Sequence record: PV340851.1
Direction: 5' to 3' (one strand)
DNA length: 64,000 nucleotides
A model generated the notes under the pieces. That model was not told the DNA's origin. It saw nothing but the letters and a program-made list of their open reading frames with translations, and searched no databases. A program made the translations under genes and the position numbers. The first letter of the stretch is position 1; every line of letters begins with the position of its first letter. Shown one piece after another: positions 27,553-37,900 of the stretch.

Positions 27553-30500
27553 AAACGTAGCTAAATCCGATACCTTTGAACGTCAAAGGCAAACTATCAA
27601 CCAGATTGCTCAAGATATTTACAATCTTGGTGGTGGTGGATCTGATTTGTCTACTGGTCTTCTAAGACTTGGAGATGGAACAAGAACAACACCTTCTCTA
27701 TCGTTTGCAAATGATACTTCGGTTGGTATCTACAGACCTGATACTAAACAACTAGCATTTGTAAATGATGGTAAGAAACTCCATCAACTTCAGAATGAAG
27801 CATCATTCTATTATAGAAATCTAATTCTCCAGAAAAATATTCTGGAAACAGACGGTCTTAGTATTACAGACGAAGGTCAAAATTATGACCCTGGACAATA
27901 TCAAGACATCGCTGCTGTAGGTGGTACAGGTCAGGCAGGTACACTAGATCTAACAGTTTCTGCTTTTTCTGGAACAACGACTCCTGGTAGTGGATATGTC
28001 TATCCATCTACTGGTGCAATTGGAGGCGGTGGATCTCAACAATTCTCAAATGTAAAATTAACTGGTGGTAATGGTTCTGACATTGAAGTAAGCATTACTT
28101 TTGATAATGGTGGATTTAGTGAGACAGACATTACTGAATATGGATCTGGATATCAAATTAACGATGTCCTATCACTACCTGTACAGTCTACTGGCAACCA
28201 AGGTACTGCTACTTTAGACGAAAGTACAATTGTAATGTCATCCAATGCTGGTATTTTTACTGGATGGACCTTTACCCAGACAGGTGGAACAGCAGTATTC
28301 GAGACTCCTACTGATATCGATGGCAATCCTATTGCCATTGAAGTCCAATCGGTTGATTCTTTGGGTGGTACAGATATTTCCTTAAACACGGTAGCAACTA
28401 CTGCTGGTACAGTTACATTCACCATCACCCCACCATGGGGAACTAATGGTAATGGATATCAGTATACTATTGATACTCTCGGCATCGTTACATCTGTTGC
28501 AGTAAATCAAGCTGGTGAGGGTTATTCTGTTGGTGACACCCTAAGTGTCTTTAATCTCGATCTAACAGCAGCAATTGTCTATACATTTACTACCGAAGGT
28601 CTTGTTCAACCAAGTTTCACTACAACTGTACCTAGTGGTACATTTGTTGTTGGTCAGCAATATGTCTTCCAGCAAGAAGATGCATTGAATCCTGGTACAT
28701 TTAACTCCATTACAATGCTTTGTGAAGAAGTATATGACAATGGTAGTGAAATTTTAGTTGTTACATTTAGTGAAGTAACCGAGAATGAAACTATTGGTCA
28801 GGGAGATACTATTAGCGGTCTAGAGATTGATGAAATTGAAAATCCAAACAGATATCTAGTAGATTTTGATGACCCTGAGGGTGGTAATGCACCAACTAGA
28901 TATCCTGACATGACGTTGTTTGTTAACAACAAATATAGCATGGACTATTCCAATGCTAACAATCACCCAGTTAGATTCTCTATTCACCCTGGTGGTACAC
29001 ATAACAAATATGAAGAAGCTGGTGTAACTGTAACCGAAGGTAGCAATCAATTTACAGTTGCTGATGCATCTGGTATTTTAATTGGTATGGAAGTTACCAC
29101 TGGAGAGGGTGGGGATATTAATGATACTGGTAGTATCGGTTCAGTTGCATTTGTTACTGCAGTTAATGGTAATACTATTACCATGGATGTAACTGCAGCA
29201 GTTACTGGTACTCTTCCTCTATTGATTCAAGGTGTAGAGTACACTGGTCAGGAAGTAGTTAAGAACGATGATAACACTGTCATTGCTCCTAATGCATCAA
29301 CACCAACTACGCTCTATTATTATTGCGAGAATCATCCTAATATGGGTGGTCTGGTAAACAATGCTGCTGAAATTACTATTGATCCAAACAACACCAAAGT
29401 TTTTGGTAGTGGTTTTGAAATTACTGTAACTTCTATTGTTTCTACCGATAATGTAACTCTAGACGTAAGCAGCGGCGGTGGCACATTCCTGCAAGTTACT
29501 AGTGATAATGTTACATCAGATACAGCAACTATTGAAACTATCAATACGACTGATATTATTGTTGATACAGAAAATGGTAAAGTTAGTACCGAGTATGTCC
29601 TAGCACCATCTTCATTGAAGATTGAGACTACTGGTCTACTGAGTCCATTGTCTCTCAAAACCGCTAAGGTAAGTTTCGTTACTCCAGGTCAGACTGAAGA
29701 TACTAATATCGAAATCTTTACTGATACAGGAGATGTTATTACATCAGGTCAGTTCAAGACAACTGGTGTATTCAACTCTAGTGATCTACTCAAGATTGAA
29801 GATAATAAAGTTGAAGCACAAGGCACCAGCGATCTTCTTTTAAATCCTGCGCCAAATAGAGTTACTATTATTGGTGGTACACAAGCACTACAAATTCCTG
29901 CTGGCAATACTGCTGCTAGACCAGCAGCTGGACTTACAAATGATGGTGCTATTAGATATAACACTCAGACTACTCAGTATGAGGGTTATAGTTCTGCAAC
30001 CAACTCTTGGTCTTCTCTAGGTGGTATTAGAGACCTAGATGGTAATACATATGTCACCGCAGAAGAATCTGTTGGTGCTAATGATGATACCTTCTACTTT
30101 TATAATGGTAACATCAATACCATCAGAATTACACCAAACAAGTTGAGATTTGAGGAACTAAAAGCAATTGCTTCCCTCAATACATCTGCTCCAGTTTATA
30201 CTGAATGGTTCTCTAATACACCAGTAACTCTTGGTCAGTATCTCAAGTATAGAAATAATATTTACGAAGTAACTGGTGCTGGTGTTACGGCTACTGATGG
30301 CAGTGCTCCTACTCATACGTCAGGTGCTCAACCAAACAATACATGCGAACTGACTTTCTATAGCACTGCTGTAGGAAATCTGTTGTTCCAAGAAATTGAT
30401 GAAGTACAGGTTGACCCATTTGGTGATACGTATTTAACTATATCTGGTGATCTCAGACTTAGAAACAATGTTGTTGGTACAGATATCAATGACTTGATTC

Positions 30501-31426
30501 TGAGACCTAATGCTGGTAAGAAAGTCAAGGTCGATGGAACTAGTACGCTTGTACTCCCTGTAGGTAATGAAAATGAGAGAGGTGCTGCTGAAACAGGTTC
30601 TATTAGATTCAATACCGACTCGCTGCAGTATGAAGGTTATGATGGTACTAACTGGGGTTCTCTAGGTGGCGTCAAGGACGTTGATCAAAACACCTACATC
30701 ATTCCTGAGACTTCTCCAGGTGCTAACGAGAACATTCTTTACTTCTATAACAACGGCGTCAACACGATGCAGTTGAGCACATCGTCTCTTGACCTGACTA
30801 ATATTGATACATTTACTTCTATCAATAATACTTCTCTCACACTAGAGTTTAAGACATTCACACTTGACACTGGTGCTACGGTTATTGACAATACTGCTGT
30901 AGATACCACCTTCTTGTATAACACCAAACAGTTCTTTAAGTTTGGCATGTCGGCAGGTCTAACTGTCGATCCTCTGCTTATTCTAGAAGACACAGGTGAT
31001 ATCTTCTACAACACAGGATTTGGAACTGGCAGTGAAACAAAACTAAAACTTCTGAATGATGAACTTACCGATTTTGAAATTAGAGATTATAAGGTACAGA
31101 CATCATCTCTAGAACTTATTAGAGGAACTACTGACGTTGGTTCTGCACTTCTTTACAATACTACAACCCAAAAAGGTTGTAAAGTAATGGTAATTCTGGA
31201 TAACACTGTTTCTAATAAGTCCTCCTTCATGGAGTTCAATGTAGTTGATGATGGTACGGAAGTCTACTATAACGAATATGCTGGTGTAAATACCAGCGAG
31301 GATGCTGCTACAGTAGTGTTCGACATTGATGTAGATAACAACGCTAGAATTACATTTACACTGACAAGTGATCATGCTGTTAATGACAATATTAAAATCA
31401 CCGTCGTTGCTCAAATTCTAAAGTAA
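27539..31426 (+). CDS. Fibre-like virion structural protein (1295 aa) with a cupredoxin-like domain and tandem G.IR.NT...EGY...W.SLGG repeats
   Basis: VAKSDTFERQRQTINQIA N-terminus; HP.RFS...YYYCENHPNMGG; two copies of RP...G.IR[YF]NT...YEGY...W.SLGG..D.D.NTY. Confidence 0.8.
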   Translation: MAILRNVAKSDTFERQRQTINQIAQDIYNLGGGGSDLSTGLLRLGDGTRTTPSLSFANDTSVGIYRPDTKQLAFVNDGKKLHQLQNEASFYYRNLILQKNILETDGLSITDEGQNYDPGQYQDIAAVGGTGQAGTLDLTVSAFSGTTTPGSGYVYPSTGAIGGGGSQQFSNVKLTGGNGSDIEVSITFDNGGFSETDITEYGSGYQINDVLSLPVQSTGNQGTATLDESTIVMSSNAGIFTGWTFTQTGGTAVFETPTDIDGNPIAIEVQSVDSLGGTDISLNTVATTAGTVTFTITPPWGTNGNGYQYTIDTLGIVTSVAVNQAGEGYSVGDTLSVFNLDLTAAIVYTFTTEGLVQPSFTTTVPSGTFVVGQQYVFQQEDALNPGTFNSITMLCEEVYDNGSEILVVTFSEVTENETIGQGDTISGLEIDEIENPNRYLVDFDDPEGGNAPTRYPDMTLFVNNKYSMDYSNANNHPVRFSIHPGGTHNKYEEAGVTVTEGSNQFTVADASGILIGMEVTTGEGGDINDTGSIGSVAFVTAVNGNTITMDVTAAVTGTLPLLIQGVEYTGQEVVKNDDNTVIAPNASTPTTLYYYCENHPNMGGLVNNAAEITIDPNNTKVFGSGFEITVTSIVSTDNVTLDVSSGGGTFLQVTSDNVTSDTATIETINTTDIIVDTENGKVSTEYVLAPSSLKIETTGLLSPLSLKTAKVSFVTPGQTEDTNIEIFTDTGDVITSGQFKTTGVFNSSDLLKIEDNKVEAQGTSDLLLNPAPNRVTIIGGTQALQIPAGNTAARPAAGLTNDGAIRYNTQTTQYEGYSSATNSWSSLGGIRDLDGNTYVTAEESVGANDDTFYFYNGNINTIRITPNKLRFEELKAIASLNTSAPVYTEWFSNTPVTLGQYLKYRNNIYEVTGAGVTATDGSAPTHTSGAQPNNTCELTFYSTAVGNLLFQEIDEVQVDPFGDTYLTISGDLRLRNNVVGTDINDLILRPNAGKKVKVDGTSTLVLPVGNENERGAAETGSIRFNTDSLQYEGYDGTNWGSLGGVKDVDQNTYIIPETSPGANENILYFYNNGVNTMQLSTSSLDLTNIDTFTSINNTSLTLEFKTFTLDTGATVIDNTAVDTTFLYNTKQFFKFGMSAGLTVDPLLILEDTGDIFYNTGFGTGSETKLKLLNDELTDFEIRDYKVQTSSLELIRGTTDVGSALLYNTTTQKGCKVMVILDNTVSNKSSFMEFNVVDDGTEVYYNEYAGVNTSEDAATVVFDIDVDNNARITFTLTSDHAVNDNIKITVVAQILK
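29880..30790 (+). repeat. Two diverged copies of an about 90-aa fibre module within the 1295-aa gene
   Basis: LQIPAGNTAARP..GAIRYNTQTTQYEGY..WSSLGGIRDLDGNTY and LVLPVGNENERG..GSIRFNTDSLQYEGY..WGSLGGVKDVDQNTY. Confidence 0.8.
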
Positions 31427-31427
31427 A

Positions 31428-31934
31428 ATGCCAGTAATCAGAAAATTCGATAGCAACCAGGGATTCTCTGTCGATCAAAGAGTCGTCGTAGATGAACTCA
31501 GGAATGCTAAAGACATTAATAGTCTAGAAATTAAGAACAGAAACTTCCAAGAAAGTTTTACTTCTTACAATATTCTTAGAGGTTCCAACACCGCTATTCT
31601 CAGTACCGATGATGTTGGTACTCAAATCACTCTGCCTGACAATACTGTATCTTTTATTACAGGTAAAATTGTAGCAGCAAATGAAATCGGGAATGCGTTT
31701 TACAATGCGAAAATTGAGACTTGTGTTAATACCAACAATGTTGGTCTAAGCACTGTTCAGGGAAGCATGGTAACCGTTATTAAAGACACTATTCCTCTGG
31801 GTCAAACTTGGGCAATCGAACCATTTATTGGTGGTGGTGCTAATAAGTTCAGTTTTACTACGACAAGAGCAGGTACAACTCTAGCAATCAGATGGTTGGT
31901 ATACACCGAAGTGATTAATATCGAATGGCTCTAA
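31428..31934 (+). CDS. Hypothetical virion protein (168 aa)
   Basis: FDSNQGFSV N-terminus; beta-rich; lies inside the structural operon. Confidence 0.8.
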   Translation: MPVIRKFDSNQGFSVDQRVVVDELRNAKDINSLEIKNRNFQESFTSYNILRGSNTAILSTDDVGTQITLPDNTVSFITGKIVAANEIGNAFYNAKIETCVNTNNVGLSTVQGSMVTVIKDTIPLGQTWAIEPFIGGGANKFSFTTTRAGTTLAIRWLVYTEVINIEWL

Positions 31935-31936
31935 TG

Positions 31937-31943
31937 CTAAATA
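31937..31943 (+). promoter_or_regulatory. Late promoter (CTAAATA)
   Basis: Intergenic, 36 nt upstream of the 3901-aa gene. Confidence 0.75.
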
Positions 31944-31978
31944 ACAACAGGGAAATAGTAGGCGGAGCTCAGTAAGAC

Positions 31979-34900
31979 ATGAGTTTTAACATTAATTCTG
32001 ATAAAGAATTTATCTCAGGGTCAAAACCTCAATTTATTGGTACAACTCAGTTCTCTATTCGCGCTGGTGGCGGTGTGGATGAGAAAGAAGTAGTTAGAGC
32101 ACTTCTCGATTCGGAGGAGAAACTACCTCGTGTTGGTATTAATAGAACGGGACAAAGGGTCAACAACATCAATGTGTTGACTAGTGGTTCTGGATACACC
32201 ACGGAGCCTACAGTTACCGTCAGTCCTCCCCCTGATAGTCCTACTGCCGTACAGGCACTAGCATCTGCTTTTATTTTCAATGGTCGCGTTGTTAGCATTG
32301 CTATCAATAATCCTGGTGCTGGTTATTCTACTGCACCTACTGTTACAATTACTGGTGGTAATGGTGGTGGTTGTTCTGCAGTCGCAGAACTTGATACCGT
32401 TGATTACGAACTTGACATTAACGGTGCAATTAGAACTTCTACGTCTATTATTTCCGACACGGCGAGAATTCTAAACCTGGATATCGACAACTTCGTTACT
32501 CCAGACTTAAACCTGAGAGGTCCAAACCTTAAGACTTATGTTAATAACTCAGGTACTATCTGGGTTGCTAATACTATTGTCCAAGAGAACTCCTATAGAT
32601 ACTTCGGTGCCAATGTCTACCAGGCATTGAACGCTGGTCAGACTGGTCCTGCTGCTCCTGAGCACCTGGATGGTATTGTCCTTAACGGCGAAGTCAACTT
32701 CAAGCACATTGGTTTCCGAGTCAATGATGAAAATGCATTTAAGTATGGTGAAACTGGCGAAGCAGGTATCTACCCACGTTCTATCACACCTCTACTAGGT
32801 GATAGATCTGACAAGATTGCAACTACAGAATACGTCCTCAACCTAGCAACGAATGACGTTGGTGGTCGTATCTACGTTTCCTCGCAGATTGGTAATGACC
32901 TAAACGATGGTCGATCTGCAGTCAACCCAGTTAGATCTGTCAAGAAAGCAGCACAATTGGCATGGGCAACGCCTGGTGTCAAAGAAACTATTATCATCTC
33001 TGGTGGTGACTACGTAGAAGATAACCCAATCTCTTTGCCACCTGATGCATCGGTTGTTGGTGATAACCTACGTCTAGTAATCATCAGACCTAACAACCCT
33101 GGCAAGCACATCTTTAAGTTCGGTGATAAGAACTACGTTACTGGTGTTACTTACCGAGATAAAATTGATGCTAACGGTGACGCTATTGCGACGTGGGACT
33201 TCGCAATGGTATTCGACGATAAGCAGCGTATCATCGTCGATTCTGAAGTCAATGGCGACTTCGGTGTCAACTTCCCAATTGGTCACCAAGTATTTGGTCC
33301 TGACAAATTTAGAATTAATGGATTCCAGAACAACACTGGTCTGTCAGCACTTGTCTCTGGACTAGAAGCAGTTGGTGTTAACACTGGTGCTAGAGGTATT
33401 ATTTCCAACGTTATCTTTACTGAGACATCAGGAAACAATGCATATCAAAATGGTTCTCTAGACATTGTTATTACCAGTGGTTCTTTCCTGGAAGGTGAAG
33501 GATTCAGATATATTATTTCTGGTAATGTAGGATCATCTGTTGGTAGTTCTACGGGAACTGTTGGAATTAATCAGATTGCCATTACTTCAGATCCAACACC
33601 ACTAGGTCTGATTGTTAGTTCTTATATCTACCTGGATGGTGTATCCAACTCCCAGGTATCAACTGGATTCTATGAAATCATTCAGATTGATGATGACAAT
33701 GCTCCTACCCAATGGGAACTTACCCTTGCTCCAATTCTAAATGCTACTGGATGGAGAGAGACTGAATCTGGAACTATCAATATCAGTAGTGCATCTATTA
33801 CTGAAGGTCAGTTTGACTCCACAAAGATCAACTCGATCCGAGCAGAAGGTGAAGTTGTATTTGAAGATGCAGACTTCGATACTTCTCTGCCTATTATTAG
33901 AATGGATTTCTCCAAGCAAGGAGATCCTTCTATTGCACAAGATGGTTTCCAGTCTGATATCTTTGGTAACGCAGAAGATCCAGGTGGTGTCATTCTGTAT
34001 ACCAGTGCTCTTGCTGGTAGACAAAACTTCCACGACTTCAAAGAAGGTCAAGAAATTCTAATTGAGGGTCTACCAACTGTATCTCCTGATCTGTCGTTCA
34101 TGAACGGCAGACAAAGGATTTATAAGGTTCTAGAAGATGCTGATGGTCGTGCAAGACGTTTCGTCATTCCCAAAAAAGTTCCTGCTAGTTTAGGACTTAA
34201 TGCTAACGATAACTTTGATCCTGGTCAGTTTGCAACTGTCAAATCTGCATCCAGATCGGTTACGTTCTCTCTGCTGAACTCTCCCAACAAATTCCCATTA
34301 TCTCAGCCTGTTGATAGAAGATTCCAGGACGCATGTACATTCATCCGTAACAACAGAGACTTCATCGCAGATGAAGTTGTAGGAAGAATCAACCGAGAGT
34401 TTGCTCAAGACTATCATTCTGTATATGAAATTGGTGGTCAGTCTTCTGCTTCCTATACGGCAACAGATGCTACCTATGATCCTAGCACTGGTGAGTTTGA
34501 AATCACCATTCCTACTCATGGTTTATCGGTTGGCGAAGGTATCAGAATTGCTGATGATTCTTTCGTGTTCACTTGTGCCATGGATGGTAACAAGACTGAA
34601 CACGCACTACCAGAAGCAGGTCAGTATGCTAGTGGCAAGTCTCTGCCTATCATATCAACCACTACAAATACTGTTACGGTCAACGTAGGTGCATCTGGTC
34701 CTAATGAGTTCTTCACACCTTCTAATGCTACCTACGATCCTACACTAGGTACACTACAATTAATTATTGGTGCTCATACACTATCACCTGGGGAAGGTGT
34801 TGTCATCGACGACAACTCTCTGTCCTTTAAGTGTGCAATGGATGGATATGATTCTACTAAAACATATCCACGCCCTAACATTGATCCATTTGCTGGTAGA

Positions 34901-37900
34901 TCTATTCCTATTCAGTCTGTTACAGCAGACTCTATTACTCTACAAGTTGGTATCTCCAGAGAGAATTTCTCCCTGACACCTACTACTGGCACGACATATG
35001 ATGCTGCAACTGGCGATCTGGTAATGAACGTTGGTCAGCATGGTCTTGGTGTTGGTCGTAATGTTGTTCTTAATGATAACTCTTTCACCTTTACGTGTGA
35101 TATAGATGGCAACGTTTCCCAGCACACCTATCCACGTCCTGGTACTGATCCATATGCTGGTAAGTCCATTGAGATTACAAATGTTGGATTTACTGAGCAT
35201 ACTCCTACCAACGTATCTTATAATGCTGCCACTGGCGTAGTTGAATTCACGATCAATAGTCATGGATTCAACAACGGCGACTATATTATGGTCGCTGATG
35301 GATCTCTGGTATTTACCTGCGATCTCGATGGTAACGTTGCACAGAAAGCATATCCCCGCGCTGGATATGATCTACCATCTAATCGTTGGATGGAAGTTTC
35401 TATTGTTAGTGGTGATGTATTCAGCATTAACGTTGGTCCTTCCTCTTACACAGGTACTCACACCTGGATCTCTGCCGCTTCTAATGCAATTAAGAGGCAA
35501 GATGGATATCTCACAATCAACGTTGGAAACGCTGGTTCTGCTGCTGGTTCTAACCACACATTTGTGGCTGCTACCAGTGGTGCTGTTAAGCATGAACCAA
35601 GATCGAATCACCTATTCCAAGGAGCAACTACAAACGCGGTTCGCCACCTTCCTCAGTCTGCTCATACTTATGTAAGATCCACATCTGGTGGTATTACTAC
35701 TGGTGGTTCTTCATTCAAGATCTATCTGGGTCAAACAGAGCATGAGCATACCTACGTAAGCGGTGGTACTGTCACCTTCGGTGGTTCTGACTACACGATG
35801 ACTAATTTTGAGTATGACGCTCTGGTAAGTGGTGTCGCCACTGTCACTACAACGAATTCTATCCCAGGTCTTGCTGAAGATGATATCGTAAAACTTGCTG
35901 ATATTCTAATCAGTTGTGAAGCTGGTCAAAAGGTTTATCCCTCTTATAGTTCACCTACTTCTGGTGGTAATGCTCTAGTAAGTAATGGCGATGAGCAATG
36001 TAAGCAAGACCTTGTTCACTTCATGAATGCTGTCATTCGTGACTTGGAATATGGCACTAACCATAATGTCATCGATGCTGCCAATAAGTATATTGTCAAT
36101 GAAAAGATTACATACATTGAAGATGAAATTGTACAGAACATGCGTGCTATTGAATATGCACGTCAACTTCTAATCTTTGCTGTTTGTAACTGGAGAACTG
36201 AAGACAGAACACCTGGAGATCCTATCTATGTTCCTCAGTATTCTTCTCTACCAAGATACTTTGACGACACTGTTATCACAGCAACAGCAGGTACTCCTGC
36301 TTGTGCTAACGTCGTATCTGCAATTGATGTTCTATCCTTCCTATGGGTAGATGTTATTACTAACAATGCATCTGGCACTCTACTGGATGCAGCATATCTG
36401 ATTATGCGTAACGCTGATCTAATTGCTGATCAGGCATTGATCGATACCAAACAACAGTATCCTACACTCAACCTTTCCGATATTATGGAAAGGAAGTGTA
36501 AGCGTGACATTAAGATTGTTCTAGAAGGTCTAGCAAAAGACCTTTGCTTGGGTGGTAACTCTGGTATCGTTGCTGTCGCTGAGTCTTACTTCTCTGGCAC
36601 TGCACTGACTGCAATTTCTGAAGCACAGAGACAAGAAACAATCTACGCTTACCAGAGAGTTCAGCAGCATGCTATTGCTGCTATGAGAAACTGGACTGGT
36701 GGTAATGTCATCGACCTTACTCCTTCTAGTGCTCAGTACAACTCCACGACAGGTCAACTTACTGTTACCTTCCCCGATCCACTTCTTCCTATTACTACAA
36801 ACGATAGAATTGCATTCAAGGAAGAGGCACTTACTTTCAACTGCTCATTCGGTAGCGGTGGCGATCATGCTAACCCACGCCCTGGTGATGCAAACTATGG
36901 CAAGTCGCAAGCAATCACTGGTGTAACATCTTCTGGTGGGGCAACTACCGTTACTACTAACGTAGGTGATGCTGGCGCTGCTGCTGGTCTTGTCCATACT
37001 CTCACTGCTGCTCTAACAGATGGTACGATCATTATCTATGATCCTATCGAAACTACCTCTGCTATTCCACAGTATGAAGATTGGAACATCCTTATTGATG
37101 TTAACGGTACTGCATCTTCTATTCAGGTTACTCCAACAGGTGCTACTTACAACCCTGCTAATGGTGTATTTGTTGTCACTGCAAACGGACACGGTGCATC
37201 TGTAGGTGATCAAGTTGCTTTTGATGCTGAGTCTTTCGTGTTCACTTGTGCCATGGATGGTAACAAGACTGAGCATGCTCTACCAGGACCAGGACAACCT
37301 GCATACAACAACCTCATCACTATTGATGCTGCTGACGCAAATACATTCACATTGAATGTCGGTGCATCTGGTCCCGATGTACAGTTCACACCAACTGGCA
37401 TTACCTATGATCCAGCAACTGGTGATATGGTCATGGAGATTGGACCACACTCCTTGTCTGTAGGCGAAGGTATTGTCATTGATGACAACTCATTGACGTT
37501 CACCTGTGCAATGGATGATAATCAATCCCAGAAGACGTACCCACGTCCTGGTATTGATCCATTTGCTGGGCGCTCTATGCTTATCACCAGCACCTCTGCA
37601 ACGACGATTACTGTCGATGCAGGCAAGTCTGGTCCTAACAAGTATTTTACACCTACTAACGCCACATATAACCCATCTACGGGCGACATGGTTCTGACTG
37701 TTGGTCAGCATGGTCTAGGTGTTGGACGCAACGTAACACTTGCAAACAACTCCTTCACCTTTACATGTGCTGCTGATGGCAACGCGACTCAGCACACCTA
37801 TCCTCGTTCTGGTCAGGATCCATTTGCAGATAACAAGTCTATCGCAATTACTGCGGTTGGTACTACATCCCATACTCCAACCAATGCTGCATATGATGCA

